Under the pieces are notes generated by a model that was given only the letters and a program-made list of their open reading frames with translations, did no database searches and was not told the origin of the DNA. From an uncultured Actinomycetes bacterium (lineage in GTDB: Bacteria > Actinomycetota > UBA4738 > HRBIN12), in contig CAZXFA010000006.1 in the NCBI GenBank assembly GCA_964640085.1, positions 51,866 to 115,865 of the forward strand: DNA of 64,000 nucleotides, given 5' to 3'. The translations under genes and the position numbers were made by a program. Numbering within the stretch: position 1 is the first letter of the stretch; each line of letters opens with the position of its first letter. Below are positions 35,884 through 46,344 of the stretch, piece after piece.

Positions 35884-36806
35884 GGGTCTCGCTGGTCACC
35901 ACGGTGAAGGACGCGGCCGCGGCGATCGGCCCGTTCCTGGAGAGCCTCGCGGCGCAGACCCGAACGCCGGATGAGGTGGTGGTGGTCGACGGCGGCTCGA
36001 CCGACGGGACGGCCGAGGCCCTCCGAGCCGCCGAGGGGCTCACGCTGATCGAGGAGCCGGGGGCGAACATCGCCCGCGGCAGGAACCTCGCGATCGCCAC
36101 GGCCACGCACGACGTCATCGCGGTCACGGATGCGGACTGCGTGCTCGAACCCGGGTGGCTCGAGCACCTGCTCGTCCCGGTGGAGGACGGCGCCGACGTC
36201 TCGATGGGCTCCTTCCGCCCGATCGTCGAAGGGTTCCTCCCGGCGTGCATGGCGGCCGTGAACCTCCCCGACCCCGGAGAGATGATCCACCCGGCCCGGT
36301 TCCTGCCGTCGGCGCGCTCCGTTGCCTTCCGGCGGGCGGCGATCGAGGCGGCGGGCGGCTATCCCGAATGGCTCGACATCGGCGAGGACATGTACGTGAA
36401 CCACCGGTGGCGGGCGCTCGGCCTCGACCTACGGCTGGCGCCGGAGGCGGTCGTGCGGTGGCGCCTGCGGTCGACGCTCCGCGAGACGTGGACCCAGTAC
36501 TTCCGGTACGCGCGCGGGGACGCGATCGCGGGGATGTTCCCCGAGCGTCACGCGCTCCGCTTCGCCGTGTACGGGGCCGCGCTCTCCGCGTGGGGTTCGC
36601 GCTCCAGGCTGGCCAGGCTGGCCACCGTGGTCGGCGGCCTCGCGTACGGGGCCCGGCCGTTGCTTCGGGCCTGGCGCCGACTCGAGGACCCCGCGGAGCG
36701 GGCGGCGGCGATGCTCGGCGTCCCCGCGCTCATGGCGTTCGTCGACCTGGCGAAGATGGCCGGGTACCTGACCGGCCTGCGGGCCGAACGCGGCCCCGAG
36801 GCGTAG
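35880..36806 (+). CDS. Glycosyltransferase family 2
   Basis: VVVDGGSTDGT and DADC motifs. GTG start overlaps the GT4 stop (GTGA). Confidence 0.75.
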   Translation: MRVSLVTTVKDAAAAIGPFLESLAAQTRTPDEVVVVDGGSTDGTAEALRAAEGLTLIEEPGANIARGRNLAIATATHDVIAVTDADCVLEPGWLEHLLVPVEDGADVSMGSFRPIVEGFLPACMAAVNLPDPGEMIHPARFLPSARSVAFRRAAIEAAGGYPEWLDIGEDMYVNHRWRALGLDLRLAPEAVVRWRLRSTLRETWTQYFRYARGDAIAGMFPERHALRFAVYGAALSAWGSRSRLARLATVVGGLAYGARPLLRAWRRLEDPAERAAAMLGVPALMAFVDLAKMAGYLTGLRAERGPEA

Positions 36807-36852
36807 ACTCCCGCGGGACCGGGGAGGGGCGGAGCCGAGCAGGAGGGATCGC

Positions 36853-37377
36853 ATGCTGCGGAAGACGGTGGTCGTGCTGGTGTTGGGGGCGATCCTCTTG
36901 GCCGCCTGCGGTGGGGACGACGGTGGCGCCACGGGAGAGACGAGCGCCGACGGCGGTGCACCGGCCGCGGAGACCGGAGCCGCCGGCGGGGAGACGGGCG
37001 GAACCGATGGCGGTGAGATCGGCACGATCGACGCCGCGCGGTGCGCCGAGCTCGCGCAGGCGATGGCCGCCGCCGCGGTCGCGGCCGTCCCACAGGCCGC
37101 CGGTGGCGAGGACCTCAGCGCATCGGTCGAGCAGCTGGAGGCGTTCGCAGCCGCCGCGCCCGAGGAGATCCGTTCCGACATGCAGACCGTGGTGGAGGGT
37201 TACGCTGCGATCGTGCGGGCGCTCGAGGAGGCTGGGTACGACCCGACGAGCGGACAGCCGCCGACCGCCGAGCAGCTCGCGGCGCTCGCGGGCGCATCCG
37301 AGCAGATCGACGACCCGGAGTTCCAGGCGGCGGCCGAGCGGGTGGACACCTACTTCGAGGCGGGCTGCCAGGGCTGA
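36853..37377 (+). CDS. Hypothetical secreted lipoprotein
   Basis: Lipobox LAACGG. Gly/Ala/Glu-rich mature part. Confidence 0.55.
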   Translation: MLRKTVVVLVLGAILLAACGGDDGGATGETSADGGAPAAETGAAGGETGGTDGGEIGTIDAARCAELAQAMAAAAVAAVPQAAGGEDLSASVEQLEAFAAAAPEEIRSDMQTVVEGYAAIVRALEEAGYDPTSGQPPTAEQLAALAGASEQIDDPEFQAAAERVDTYFEAGCQG

Positions 37378-37383
37378 GCCGGC

Positions 37384-38283
37384 CTACTCGTACTCGTAGA
37401 AGCCCTTGCCGGACTTGCGGCCCAGGTGGCCGGCCACCACCATCCGCCGGAGCAGGGGCGGCGGCGCGTACAGCGGCTCCTTGAACTCCTCGTAGAGGAC
37501 GTTGCCGATCGCCATCGTCGTGTCGACCCCGATCAGGTCGATCAGCGCGAGCGGTCCCATCGGGTGGTTGAGCCCGAGGTGGATCGCCGTGTCGATGTCC
37601 TCACGCGTGGCGAACCCCTCCTCGAGCATCCGCACCGCCCCGTTCAGGTACGGGATCAGGAGCATGTTCACGATGAACCCGGCACGGTCGCGCGACTCGA
37701 CGGTGGTCTTGCCCAGCCGGACCCCCCACGCCCGGCCGAACTCGATCGTCTCGTCCGAGGTCGCCAGGGCCTTCACCAGCTCGATCAGTCCCATCGCGGG
37801 CACGGGGTTGAAGAAGTGCATCCCCATGACCCTGTCCGGGCGCTTGGTCGCCGCGCCGAGCTCCCCGATCGGGATCGACGAGGTGTTCGAGGCCAGGATC
37901 ACCTCCGGGCGGGTGATCTCGTCCAACCGTCGGAACAGCTCGACCTTCGTGTCCCTGTCCTCCGTCGCGGCCTCGATCACGAGGTCCACGCCGGAGACGT
38001 CCGCGAGATCGGTCGTCCCGGTGATCCGCGAGAGCTCGGTGTCGCGCTGCGCCGGCGCGAGCTTGTCGCGTTCGACCGCCCGGAGCGTCGAGGTCTCGAT
38101 CCGGTGTAGGCCGTGCGCCACGAGCTCCTCGGTCGGCTCGACGAAGAGCACCGAGGCGCCGGCCCGAGCGCAGACCTCGACGATGCCCGAGCCCATCAGC
38201 CCGCACCCCACCACGCCGACGGCCCGGACGTCCTCGGCCCTCATGGCCGCCAAGCCTACCGCCGGAACCCGCAGGCCGGACAC
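37384..38283 (-). CDS. hbd: 3-hydroxybutyryl-CoA dehydrogenase
   Basis: NAD Rossmann VGVVGCGLMGSGI, 3HCDH N- and C-domains. Confidence 0.85.
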   Translation of the reverse strand: MSGLRVPAVGLAAMRAEDVRAVGVVGCGLMGSGIVEVCARAGASVLFVEPTEELVAHGLHRIETSTLRAVERDKLAPAQRDTELSRITGTTDLADVSGVDLVIEAATEDRDTKVELFRRLDEITRPEVILASNTSSIPIGELGAATKRPDRVMGMHFFNPVPAMGLIELVKALATSDETIEFGRAWGVRLGKTTVESRDRAGFIVNMLLIPYLNGAVRMLEEGFATREDIDTAIHLGLNHPMGPLALIDLIGVDTTMAIGNVLYEEFKEPLYAPPPLLRRMVVAGHLGRKSGKGFYEYE

Positions 38284-38507
38284 CGGCCGACCTTGCCCGT
38301 CGGCTCAGCGTCGCAGTAGGCGCAACGGGTCGACGGCCGACGCGTCCGGTCCGGACGGCGGCCGGGTGAGCCCCGCGCGATGCCATCGGAGAACGCCAGC
38401 GCCTACGCCAGCACGTGCGACAGCAGCGCACCGCCCGCGGCGATACCGCTCAGCGACCATGGGCGGCTCCCGGACGCGGTGATGCGCCGGGGTAGCGGAG
38501 CCGGGGC

Positions 38508-39665
38508 TCAGCAGACCTGGGAGAGCAGCGGCCAGGGGTTCACGGCCGAGCCGATCACGCGGTGGCCGTACGGGCTCGCCGGCCATTCGTTCGGGATCGT
38601 GTACGGGTGCCACTCGAAGTGGTTGTGCGGGGTGCCGGCGTTCCCGCTGGTCCCGACGTAACCGACGATGTCCCCCGCATTCACCGAGCCCGTCACGCCG
38701 GGCTGCATCAGGTGCGCGTTGTACGTGTACCCGTACTCGCCGTACACGTAAACGGCGTACCCGCCGAGTCCGTTCGTCGACGTCCGCGCCGTCCCATCGA
38801 ACGTCGCCCGGATCGGCGTACCCGTCGGCGCGATGATGTCGTTGCCCGCGTGCGGGTGGTAGCCGCCCCCGTACCGGGGCGCTCCGAAGCCGTCGAACAC
38901 GGCGCGGGGGGGGTCCACCGGGCAGACCTTGAACACGCCGTTCGCGTAGAAGCGAACGCCGGTGAGCGCGGCCAGCTCCTTCTTGTACTGCTTCTTCAGG
39001 TCCTTCACGAGCTCCTCGGCCCGCGCCTTCTTGGCCTCCAGGTCATCCAGGACCTGCTGTTGCTCGGCGAACTTCACGTCCAGCGCCGCCTTCTGCGCCT
39101 CGACCTTCGAGAGCGCCTCGGCGGCGGCCGCCTGCAGGTCCGCCTGGTCCGCCTTCTCCGCCGACAGCTCGTTCTTCAGGTTCTGGACCTGCGTCGCGAG
39201 GTCGGCGTCGGTCTCGGAGAGCGCGTTCATGTACTCCACACGGACCGTGAGGTCGGCGAGCGACGTCGCGCCGAGCAGGAACTCCAGCTCGTTGCCCGGA
39301 CCGGTGATGTAGGCCTCGCGCGCCCGCGCCTCGAGCTGGGCGCGGAGCCCACGGAACTCGTCCTGCGCCGCACGGAGCTGCAGCGTCGTGTTGCGCAGCT
39401 CCTCGGTGATCTGCTCGTAGCGGCTCTCGGCCCGCTGGAACTCCTCTGCGACCTCCGCGGTCTCGAGCATGATCCGCTCCAGCACATCCTGCTGGCCCTC
39501 GATCTGGTCGAGCACCCGCTCGAACTCGGCCTCCGCGGCCTCCAGCTTCTCCTTGGTGGACGGCTCGGCGCCGGCCACCGGTGAGAGCAGGCCGACCACG
39601 ATGAAGATGACCGCGCCGAGGCGCAGTCGCCGGAGGAAGCGGGCTCGTGTTCGATTCTCGGCCAT
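38508..39665 (-). CDS. M23-family metallopeptidase with N-terminal signal peptide and long coiled-coil
   Basis: HPHAGNDI and PHNHFEWH M23 motifs. The ATG at 39665 has AGGAAGAGGGG upstream. The ORF extension to 40703 is an artefact. Confidence 0.75.
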   Translation of the reverse strand: MAENRTRARFLRRLRLGAVIFIVVGLLSPVAGAEPSTKEKLEAAEAEFERVLDQIEGQQDVLERIMLETAEVAEEFQRAESRYEQITEELRNTTLQLRAAQDEFRGLRAQLEARAREAYITGPGNELEFLLGATSLADLTVRVEYMNALSETDADLATQVQNLKNELSAEKADQADLQAAAAEALSKVEAQKAALDVKFAEQQQVLDDLEAKKARAEELVKDLKKQYKKELAALTGVRFYANGVFKVCPVDPPRAVFDGFGAPRYGGGYHPHAGNDIIAPTGTPIRATFDGTARTSTNGLGGYAVYVYGEYGYTYNAHLMQPGVTGSVNAGDIVGYVGTSGNAGTPHNHFEWHPYTIPNEWPASPYGHRVIGSAVNPWPLLSQVC

Positions 39666-39757
39666 GGGGAGGCCCCTCTTCCTACCGAACGGCAGGAGGG
39701 GCGTCAACCGCCTGGATGAGACTGCACCCTCCGAGCCTGCGGTGCAAGCACCTCGCG

Positions 39758-40915
39758 TCACAGATCGGTGCCCGGCAGGCCCAGCCCGCGGGCGATCAGC
39801 AGCCGAAGGATCTCGCTGGTCCCCTCGCCGATCTCCAGGATCTTCGCGTCCCGGTAGAAGCGGGCGACCGGGTACTCCTCGATGAAGCCGTAGCCGCCGT
39901 GCACCTGGACGGCCTCGCGCGCGCAGGTGACGGCGATCTCGCTGGCGAACAGCTTGGCGATTGCTGCCTCGGTCTTGTACGGCTCTCCCCGGTCGCGCAG
40001 CGACGCGGCCCGCAGGTAGCCGAGCCGGGCGAGCTCGACCGCCACGTGCATGTCCGCGATCTTGAACTGGAGCGCCTCGAACGCGCCGATCGGTCTCCCG
40101 AACGCCTCGCGCTCGGCCGCGTAGCGGACGCTCTCCTCGAGGCATCCGCGGGCCAGACCCACCGCGACGGCGGCGATCGCGATCCTCCCGTCGTCCAGGC
40201 TCTCCAGCAGCTGCGCGTATCCTCGCCCCCGTTCGCCGAGGAGGTTCGCGGCCGGCACCCGGCAGTCCTCGAAGACCAGCTCGCGCGTGTCGCTCGCCCG
40301 CCATCCGACCTTTCGGTAGCCGGACCCCACGGTGAACCCGCGGGTTCCGGTCGGGACGAGGATCGTCGTGATCTCCCCGTGCTCCGCATCGGGGTCCCGC
40401 GCCGCGACGATCGCCACCGCCGAGAGCGGGGTGCCCGGGTTGGTGATGAAGGACTTGGTGCCGGCGATCACCCACTCGTCGCCATCCAGGCGGGCGGTCG
40501 TGCGGATCGCCCGGGCGTCCGAGCCCCCGCCCGGCTCGGTGAGCGCGAACGCCCCGATGGTCTCGCCGCGGGCCATCGAGACGAGCCACCGCTGCTTCTG
40601 CTCCTCCGTCCCGTGCCGGAAGATCGGGCCGGCCGCCAGACCCACGGCCGCCTCCAGGGTGACCGCCACCGAGGAGTCCCAGCGGGCGAGCTCCTCCAGG
40701 CACAGGCAGAACGTGAGCAGGTCGCCGCCGATCCCCCCGTACGCCTCGGGGAACGGGATCCCGAACAGCCCCAGCTCGCCCATCCGTCGGACGATCTCGA
40801 GCGGGAACTCCTCTCGCTCGTCGTGGTCCGCGGCGGCCGGCGCCACGACTTCCTCGGCGAACGACCGGACCACCGCTCGGAGCTCCCGTTGCTCCTCGGT
40901 CAGCTCGAAGTCCAC
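39758..40915 (-). CDS. Acyl-CoA dehydrogenase
   Basis: 385 aa with ACAD three-domain pattern and the C-terminal YGGYGFIEEYPVARFYRDAKILEIGEGTSE segment. Confidence 0.9.
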   Translation of the reverse strand: MDFELTEEQRELRAVVRSFAEEVVAPAAADHDEREEFPLEIVRRMGELGLFGIPFPEAYGGIGGDLLTFCLCLEELARWDSSVAVTLEAAVGLAAGPIFRHGTEEQKQRWLVSMARGETIGAFALTEPGGGSDARAIRTTARLDGDEWVIAGTKSFITNPGTPLSAVAIVAARDPDAEHGEITTILVPTGTRGFTVGSGYRKVGWRASDTRELVFEDCRVPAANLLGERGRGYAQLLESLDDGRIAIAAVAVGLARGCLEESVRYAAEREAFGRPIGAFEALQFKIADMHVAVELARLGYLRAASLRDRGEPYKTEAAIAKLFASEIAVTCAREAVQVHGGYGFIEEYPVARFYRDAKILEIGEGTSEILRLLIARGLGLPGTDL

Positions 40916-40943
40916 GACCTGCTCCTATCCTTGGAGCGAGGGC

Positions 40944-43900
40944 TCAGCGCGCCTCGGCTCGTCGGACGGCGAGCTCGGCGTCCAGGAGCGCCTGCTGGGA
41001 GTGCAGGCCCTCCAGGAGCTTCCGGGCGCGCTCCACCTCCTCGTGCCCGTCCGTCGCCTCCGGGCCGAACACCCGTCCGATCCACGCGACGCGCTCGGCG
41101 ACGGCCTTGGGCCACCCGTCCTCCCGCTCGTGGTCCAGGAGCGCCCGCGCCTTCGCCAGCGCGCCCTCGCGATCGCCCTCCACCAGCAGGATCTCGACCT
41201 CGGCGGCGAACAGCCATTCGGCGGGCGCCGGCCCGTCCTCGGTGGCCAGCGGCGCGGCCTCGGCGAGCACCTGCCGTGCCTTCGACGGCTCCCCGGCGTC
41301 GGAGAGCGCCTTGGCCAGCGTGCTCGCCGTCCAGGTCACGATGCTGCGCTCGTTCAGGTCGCGGCACAGGCGGAAGGCCTCGCGGAGGTCCGCGATCGCA
41401 TCGCCGGTCCGGGCGCTCAGGCGATGGACGATCCCGCGTCCGGTCAACGCGCTCGCCAGCTCCCACCGGGCCCCGAGCTCCCGGAACGCCTCGACCGCCC
41501 CGTCGGCGTGCGACAGGGCCTCGTCCAGCCGGCCCATCCGGCGGAGCTGGGCGGCCACGTTCTCCCGCGCGACTGCGACCGAGAACCGGTCGCCCTGCGC
41601 CTCGGCGATCGCCAGGCTCTCCGACGCCAGCGACAGGCCCTCCTGCTCGTCCCCCACCTCGGCGACCATCGAGGCCAGCGTCGCGAGCGCCCGCGCCTCC
41701 GCCCAGGGATCGCCCTCCGGGCTCGAGCGCGCCACCTCGAGCGCCTCCTGGAACATCGCGCCGGCGGCCTCGAGATCACCGCCCCAGTACGGACCCCAGC
41801 CGGCCACGAGCAGGGTGCGTGCGAGCGTCCGCGGATCGGCGAGTTCGCGCGCGGCGGACAGGGCCTGGTCGAAGAGCTCGGTCGCCCGATCGCGGTCGGC
41901 GCGGACAGAGAGCTCGATGTCGCCGAGGAACCGCGAGGCCTGCGCCCGGACGGCGTCATCGTCCGGCGCGAGCTCCAACGCCCTGCGCAAGGGACGGATC
42001 GCAGGATCGAACTCGCCGAGCCAGTACCGGGCCTCCCCGAGGTGGGCCAGGATCGCGGCCTCGCGCCGTCCCCAGGATCGTTCCGGGCCGGCCAGCGCCA
42101 TCGCCCGCGCGTACAGGTCGGCCGCCGCCCGCGCATCCGAGCCGGACATCGCCAGGTCGCCCGCGCGGGTCAGGGCTCGCACGGCGCGCTCGGCCAGGCC
42201 ACGGTCGGCGGCATCCAGATCCAGCGACGCCCGAGCCGCCTGCTCCAGGTGATAGGCGATCGAGCGCGGGTACCGGGCCGCCGTCCCCGGATCGTCGGAC
42301 AGCGCGTCGGCCAGCAGCAGATGCAGGCGTCGACGCTCGCGCTTGGGCAGGCTCTCGTAGGCGACGTCCTGGACCAGGCCATGGCGGAACCGCCACTGGG
42401 CGGGACGCTCGGGATCGCGCAGGAGCAGCTCCTCGTCCTCGAGGAGCTCGAGCACCGCCGGGTCGACCTCGGCGATCAGCTCGAGCTCGGAGACCTCGAA
42501 GGTGGACCGTGCGAAGACCGAGGCCTTGCGCACGAGATCCTTCGCCGCCTGCGGGAGGTGATCGATCCTGGCGGCGATCACCGCCTGGACGGTGGGCGGG
42601 AGCAGGGCGTTGGGGAGCGGGCCCGTATCCAGGAGCCCGTGGCCCCCCACGTGGCGAAGCATCCCGGTGGTCTCCACGATGAAGAAAGGGTTGCCGCCGG
42701 CGTGGCGGGCCACCCGCTCGGCGGCCGCATCGTCGAGCCCCTCCCCCGCCTCGCGCGCGAGCTGCATGGCGTCCTCGAACGGCATCGAATCCAGGTACAG
42801 GTTCAGCGAGTCTCCCCGGCCCCCACCCCAACCCGGTCGTTCGTCGAGCAGCTCGTATCGGGCGACGCAGAGGAACAGGACCGGGAGCCGCTTGGCCTCA
42901 TGGACCGAGTGCTCGATCAGCTCGAGCATCGGTGGCTGCGCCAGGTGCAGGTCTTCGAAGACCAGCACCACCGGGCCGAGTCGCGCCATGCCCTCCAGGA
43001 GCGTGAGGAGCCCCGCGCGGATCTCCGCCAGCCGGTAGCGCCCTTTCTCGTCCGTCGGCGGCGCTTCTCCCAGCCCGAGCGCGAGGCCGAGGCGGGCGGC
43101 AACCTGCGCGGAGGCGTCCGCCGGGCAGCACCGGCCGGCCAGCTCCTCCAGGCTGGCCACCAGGTCCTCCGACGGGGCTCCGGGGCGCTCGCCGAGCTCG
43201 TGGAGCAGCATCTGGGCGAGCGGAGCGAAGGTCACGTCCTCCTCGAACACGCTCGCCCGCCCGGCCATCACGTGCGCGTCCTCCGGCAAGGCAGCCAGGA
43301 ACTCCTCGGCGACCCGGCTCTTGCCGATGCCCGGCTCGCCGAGGAGCGTCACCAGGTGCGCGCGACCGACCTCCCGCATGCCCTCGAACGCATCGTGCAG
43401 CAGGCGGAGCTCGCGCTTGCGGTCGACGAAGGGGATCGTGCGTCGAGCCGTACCCGGCGCGAGCGCGAGCGCCGGCCACGCCCGAGCGACCTCCTCGAAC
43501 CCCTTGGCCCGGACCTCGTGCGGCTCCCCGTACTCGACCTGAGCGTTGGTGAGCATCCAGCTCGTCTCGGCCACGAGCACGGTGCCTGGCGCGGCGGCCT
43601 GCTGGAGCCGGGCGGCCAGGTTGACGTTCGCCCCGAACAGGAGACCCCGCTCGGAACCCTCCGAGCCGATCGCGACAGGCCCGGTGTTGATCCCCACCCG
43701 GACCCGGAGCGGGACCGGCAGCCCGAGCTCCTCGCGCAGCCGCTCGACCCGCTCGACGAGCGCGAGCCCGGCACGCACCGCCCGGAGGGCGTCGTCGTCG
43801 TGGGCGTGCGGCAGGCCGAACACCCCGACCACGGCGTCGCCGGCGAAGTTGTAGGCGCGACCGCGCAGGGACTCCAGCTCGTCGGCCACGGTCCGGTAGT

Positions 43901-44099
43901 AGCCCGCGACCACCTCCCGATAGGCCTCCGGATCGATCCGCGCCGAGAGGTTCGTCGACCCCACGAGGTCGACGAAGACGACCGTGACGACCTTCCGCTC
44001 CTCGGTGGGTGGCGTCGCGATCAGGTACCCGCAGCTCGGGCAGAAGCGCGCCCCCTCCGGGAGGGGCTCACCGCACCGCCCGCAGACCGTCTCGGCCAC
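40944..44099 (-). CDS. Multidomain signalling protein: zinc-ribbon, class III adenylate/guanylate cyclase, AAA/STAND ATPase, TPR repeats
   Basis: CGRCG...CPSCG zinc ribbon; cyclase core VVTVVFVDLVGST...FAGDAVVGVFG; P-loop LLGEPGIGKSRV; C-terminal TPR-like repeats. GTG start. Confidence 0.75.
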   Translation of the reverse strand: MAETVCGRCGEPLPEGARFCPSCGYLIATPPTEERKVVTVVFVDLVGSTNLSARIDPEAYREVVAGYYRTVADELESLRGRAYNFAGDAVVGVFGLPHAHDDDALRAVRAGLALVERVERLREELGLPVPLRVRVGINTGPVAIGSEGSERGLLFGANVNLAARLQQAAAPGTVLVAETSWMLTNAQVEYGEPHEVRAKGFEEVARAWPALALAPGTARRTIPFVDRKRELRLLHDAFEGMREVGRAHLVTLLGEPGIGKSRVAEEFLAALPEDAHVMAGRASVFEEDVTFAPLAQMLLHELGERPGAPSEDLVASLEELAGRCCPADASAQVAARLGLALGLGEAPPTDEKGRYRLAEIRAGLLTLLEGMARLGPVVLVFEDLHLAQPPMLELIEHSVHEAKRLPVLFLCVARYELLDERPGWGGGRGDSLNLYLDSMPFEDAMQLAREAGEGLDDAAAERVARHAGGNPFFIVETTGMLRHVGGHGLLDTGPLPNALLPPTVQAVIAARIDHLPQAAKDLVRKASVFARSTFEVSELELIAEVDPAVLELLEDEELLLRDPERPAQWRFRHGLVQDVAYESLPKRERRRLHLLLADALSDDPGTAARYPRSIAYHLEQAARASLDLDAADRGLAERAVRALTRAGDLAMSGSDARAAADLYARAMALAGPERSWGRREAAILAHLGEARYWLGEFDPAIRPLRRALELAPDDDAVRAQASRFLGDIELSVRADRDRATELFDQALSAARELADPRTLARTLLVAGWGPYWGGDLEAAGAMFQEALEVARSSPEGDPWAEARALATLASMVAEVGDEQEGLSLASESLAIAEAQGDRFSVAVARENVAAQLRRMGRLDEALSHADGAVEAFRELGARWELASALTGRGIVHRLSARTGDAIADLREAFRLCRDLNERSIVTWTASTLAKALSDAGEPSKARQVLAEAAPLATEDGPAPAEWLFAAEVEILLVEGDREGALAKARALLDHEREDGWPKAVAERVAWIGRVFGPEATDGHEEVERARKLLEGLHSQQALLDAELAVRRAEAR

Positions 44100-44138
44100 G
44101 GCCCCAGGATAGAGGCAGCCGGTGATACCGGATCCGGA

Positions 44139-44612
44139 TCAGGCCTCCGCGAGCCGGAAGCCCTGCAGGTCCCCGATCGAGCCGGTGCGCTCGCCGTCGG
44201 GACGGAGGACGGCCTCCACCCGCTCGCCGATCTCCAGCGGCTCCTCGCCCGGGTCCAACACCCGGTGCAGGACCACCGCATCGGCGCCGTCGAGCCGGAC
44301 CAGGCCGAACGTGACGGGCTCGTCGAGGGGACCGCCCTCGACGTCCACGAACGCGATCGTGAACGAGACCAGGATGCCCCCGGGTCCGACCTCGACGTCG
44401 GCCGCGAGCTCGGCGAAGCACCGCTCGCAGAACGCCCGGGCCGGAACGTACGTGTACGAGCAGGCCTGGCACCGTGAGCCGAGCAGCACCCCGTGGTCCC
44501 GCAACGCCGTGAAGAACGCCTCCCCGGCGATGCCCGGCGTGTAGCGATGGCCGACCGGGATCTCCCCCTCCCACCGCCGGACCTCGTCGAGACCCGCGAT
44601 CTTCTCCAGCAC
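44139..44612 (-). CDS. DUF35 OB-fold / rubredoxin-like zinc-ribbon protein (thiolase-partner scaffold)
   Basis: CQAC...CERC zinc ribbon followed by an OB-fold segment, 157 aa. Confidence 0.65.
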   Translation of the reverse strand: MLEKIAGLDEVRRWEGEIPVGHRYTPGIAGEAFFTALRDHGVLLGSRCQACSYTYVPARAFCERCFAELAADVEVGPGGILVSFTIAFVDVEGGPLDEPVTFGLVRLDGADAVVLHRVLDPGEEPLEIGERVEAVLRPDGERTGSIGDLQGFRLAEA

Positions 44613-46343
44613 CTAGCCCTCCTCCGATCGGGGGCGGAAGTGGGCGATGTCCAGGATCGAGCCCGAGCGTTCCTCGACGGGCCTCCACACGGCCTCGACC
44701 GCCATCCCGATCCGGACGTCGTCCGGCTCCACCTCGCCGAGGAGATGCAACAGGCCGCCGTCCGAGCCGTCGATCCGGATCACCACGGGGATCTGGGACC
44801 GCTCGAGCCGCTCCATGTCCCACCGGACGTGGCAGATCGAGAAGGTCTCGACGACGCCGGTGTCGGGGACGGGCACCCACGCGTCGGTCGGGCGGAAGCA
44901 CCGCTCGCAGAACATCCGCGGCGGGACCAGCACGCGTTCGCACCGCCGGCACTCGCGCCCGAGGAGCCGCCCCTCCTGGAGCCCGCCGAGGAACCGCCCG
45001 ATCGCCACCCCCGCATCCCATGCGTACCGGGCGTCGACGGCGTGCTCGACCGCGCCGGTGACGCTCCGGAACCCGGCCTCCGAGAGCGGATGCCCACCCG
45101 CCGTGTACGGGGGTGTCTCGACGACGGGGAGCGTCCCGGCGCCGGTCTCGGCAGAGGAGGAGGGGCCACGGGCCGCCCCCTCGGTCCCCATCACCACGAC
45201 CGTCCCGACCTGCATCAGGTCGCCCCAGGCCTGCGCGACGCCGCGCTCTGGCGTGCCGGGCACCTGCCGCGTGCCCGCCTCGCCGCGCAGCTGCCAGAAG
45301 AGCTCGGCGATCTTCATCAGCCCGGCGGCGGCGATCGGGTTCCCCACCCCCAGCAGGCCGCCGGAGGGACAGCTCGGAAGGTCACCGTCGCGCTCCAGGA
45401 CCCCGTCGCGCGCAGCCTCCGGCGCCTTCCCCCGGTCGAACAGCAGGAGCCCCTCGAGGTGATGCAGCTCCTTGTAGTCGAACGGGTCGTAGGGCTCGGC
45501 CAGGTGGATCTGCTTGCGCGGCTCGCTCACCCCGGCCATGTCGTAGGCCATCCGTGCGGCGTTCGCGACGTACTCGGGGAAGACAAGATCGCGGTTGGTC
45601 CAGTAGGCGGAATCGAGGTTCCACCCCACTCCCTGGATCCACACCGGCTCATCGGTGATCCTCCGGGCGGCCTCCTCGGAGGCCACGACCACTGCCACCG
45701 CCCCGTCACTGATCGGCGAGACGTCCAGCCGCTGCACGGGCCAGGCGAGCGTCTCGGACGCGAGCACGTCTTCCACGGTGATGTCCGCCTGCCCGAGCAA
45801 CGCCGCAGGGTGGTCCGCGGCGTTGCGCTTGTTCTTCACCGCCACCGTCGCGATATCGCGCTTGTCCAACCCGTGCACGGTCATGTACCGGTTCATCTCC
45901 AGCGCGAAGATCCACAACAGGTTGGGACCGAGCGGCCGCTCCAGGATGTTGTCGAAGATCGTCAGGAAGGCGCCCTGGGGGTGCGGCTGCGCCGAAGACA
46001 TCTTCTCCTCGGCTACCGCCAGCACCACGTCGGCCATCCCGCTCGCGACCGTGTACCAGGCCTGGATCGCGGTGAAGACCCCGCTGCCACCTCCGACGTA
46101 CGTGCGGATGAACGGCTTGCCGAACGCGCCGGCGCCCTCGGACAGGTACTCGCCCTTACGGTGCACGCCGTCGAAGGCGTCGGGGGCGCTGGTGAGGCAC
46201 ACGGCGTCCACGTCCGCGAGCGACAGCTCGCAGGAGTCCAGCGCCGCTCGCGAGGCCTCCCACGCGAGCTCCTTTCCGGTCTCGAGCGCACGGCGCATGA
46301 ACCGGGTCATCCCGGCGCCCACGACGGCGACGCGGCTGGCCAC
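44613..46343 (-). CDS. SCP-x-type thiolase-like protein fused to a C-terminal DUF35 domain
   Basis: N-terminal about 400 aa thiolase-like (VAVVGAGMTRF...). C-terminal CRRCERVLVPPRMFCERC zinc ribbon plus OB-fold. Confidence 0.7.
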   Translation of the reverse strand: MASRVAVVGAGMTRFMRRALETGKELAWEASRAALDSCELSLADVDAVCLTSAPDAFDGVHRKGEYLSEGAGAFGKPFIRTYVGGGSGVFTAIQAWYTVASGMADVVLAVAEEKMSSAQPHPQGAFLTIFDNILERPLGPNLLWIFALEMNRYMTVHGLDKRDIATVAVKNKRNAADHPAALLGQADITVEDVLASETLAWPVQRLDVSPISDGAVAVVVASEEAARRITDEPVWIQGVGWNLDSAYWTNRDLVFPEYVANAARMAYDMAGVSEPRKQIHLAEPYDPFDYKELHHLEGLLLFDRGKAPEAARDGVLERDGDLPSCPSGGLLGVGNPIAAAGLMKIAELFWQLRGEAGTRQVPGTPERGVAQAWGDLMQVGTVVVMGTEGAARGPSSSAETGAGTLPVVETPPYTAGGHPLSEAGFRSVTGAVEHAVDARYAWDAGVAIGRFLGGLQEGRLLGRECRRCERVLVPPRMFCERCFRPTDAWVPVPDTGVVETFSICHVRWDMERLERSQIPVVIRIDGSDGGLLHLLGEVEPDDVRIGMAVEAVWRPVEERSGSILDIAHFRPRSEEG

Positions 46344-46344
46344 C

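Noticed and set aside
39666-40703. Upstream extension of the M23 peptidase ORF (731 aa)
   Set aside because: The extension overlaps the downstream ACAD gene and is Gly/Arg-rich. The signal peptide begins at the internal ATG 39665, which has a good RBS.
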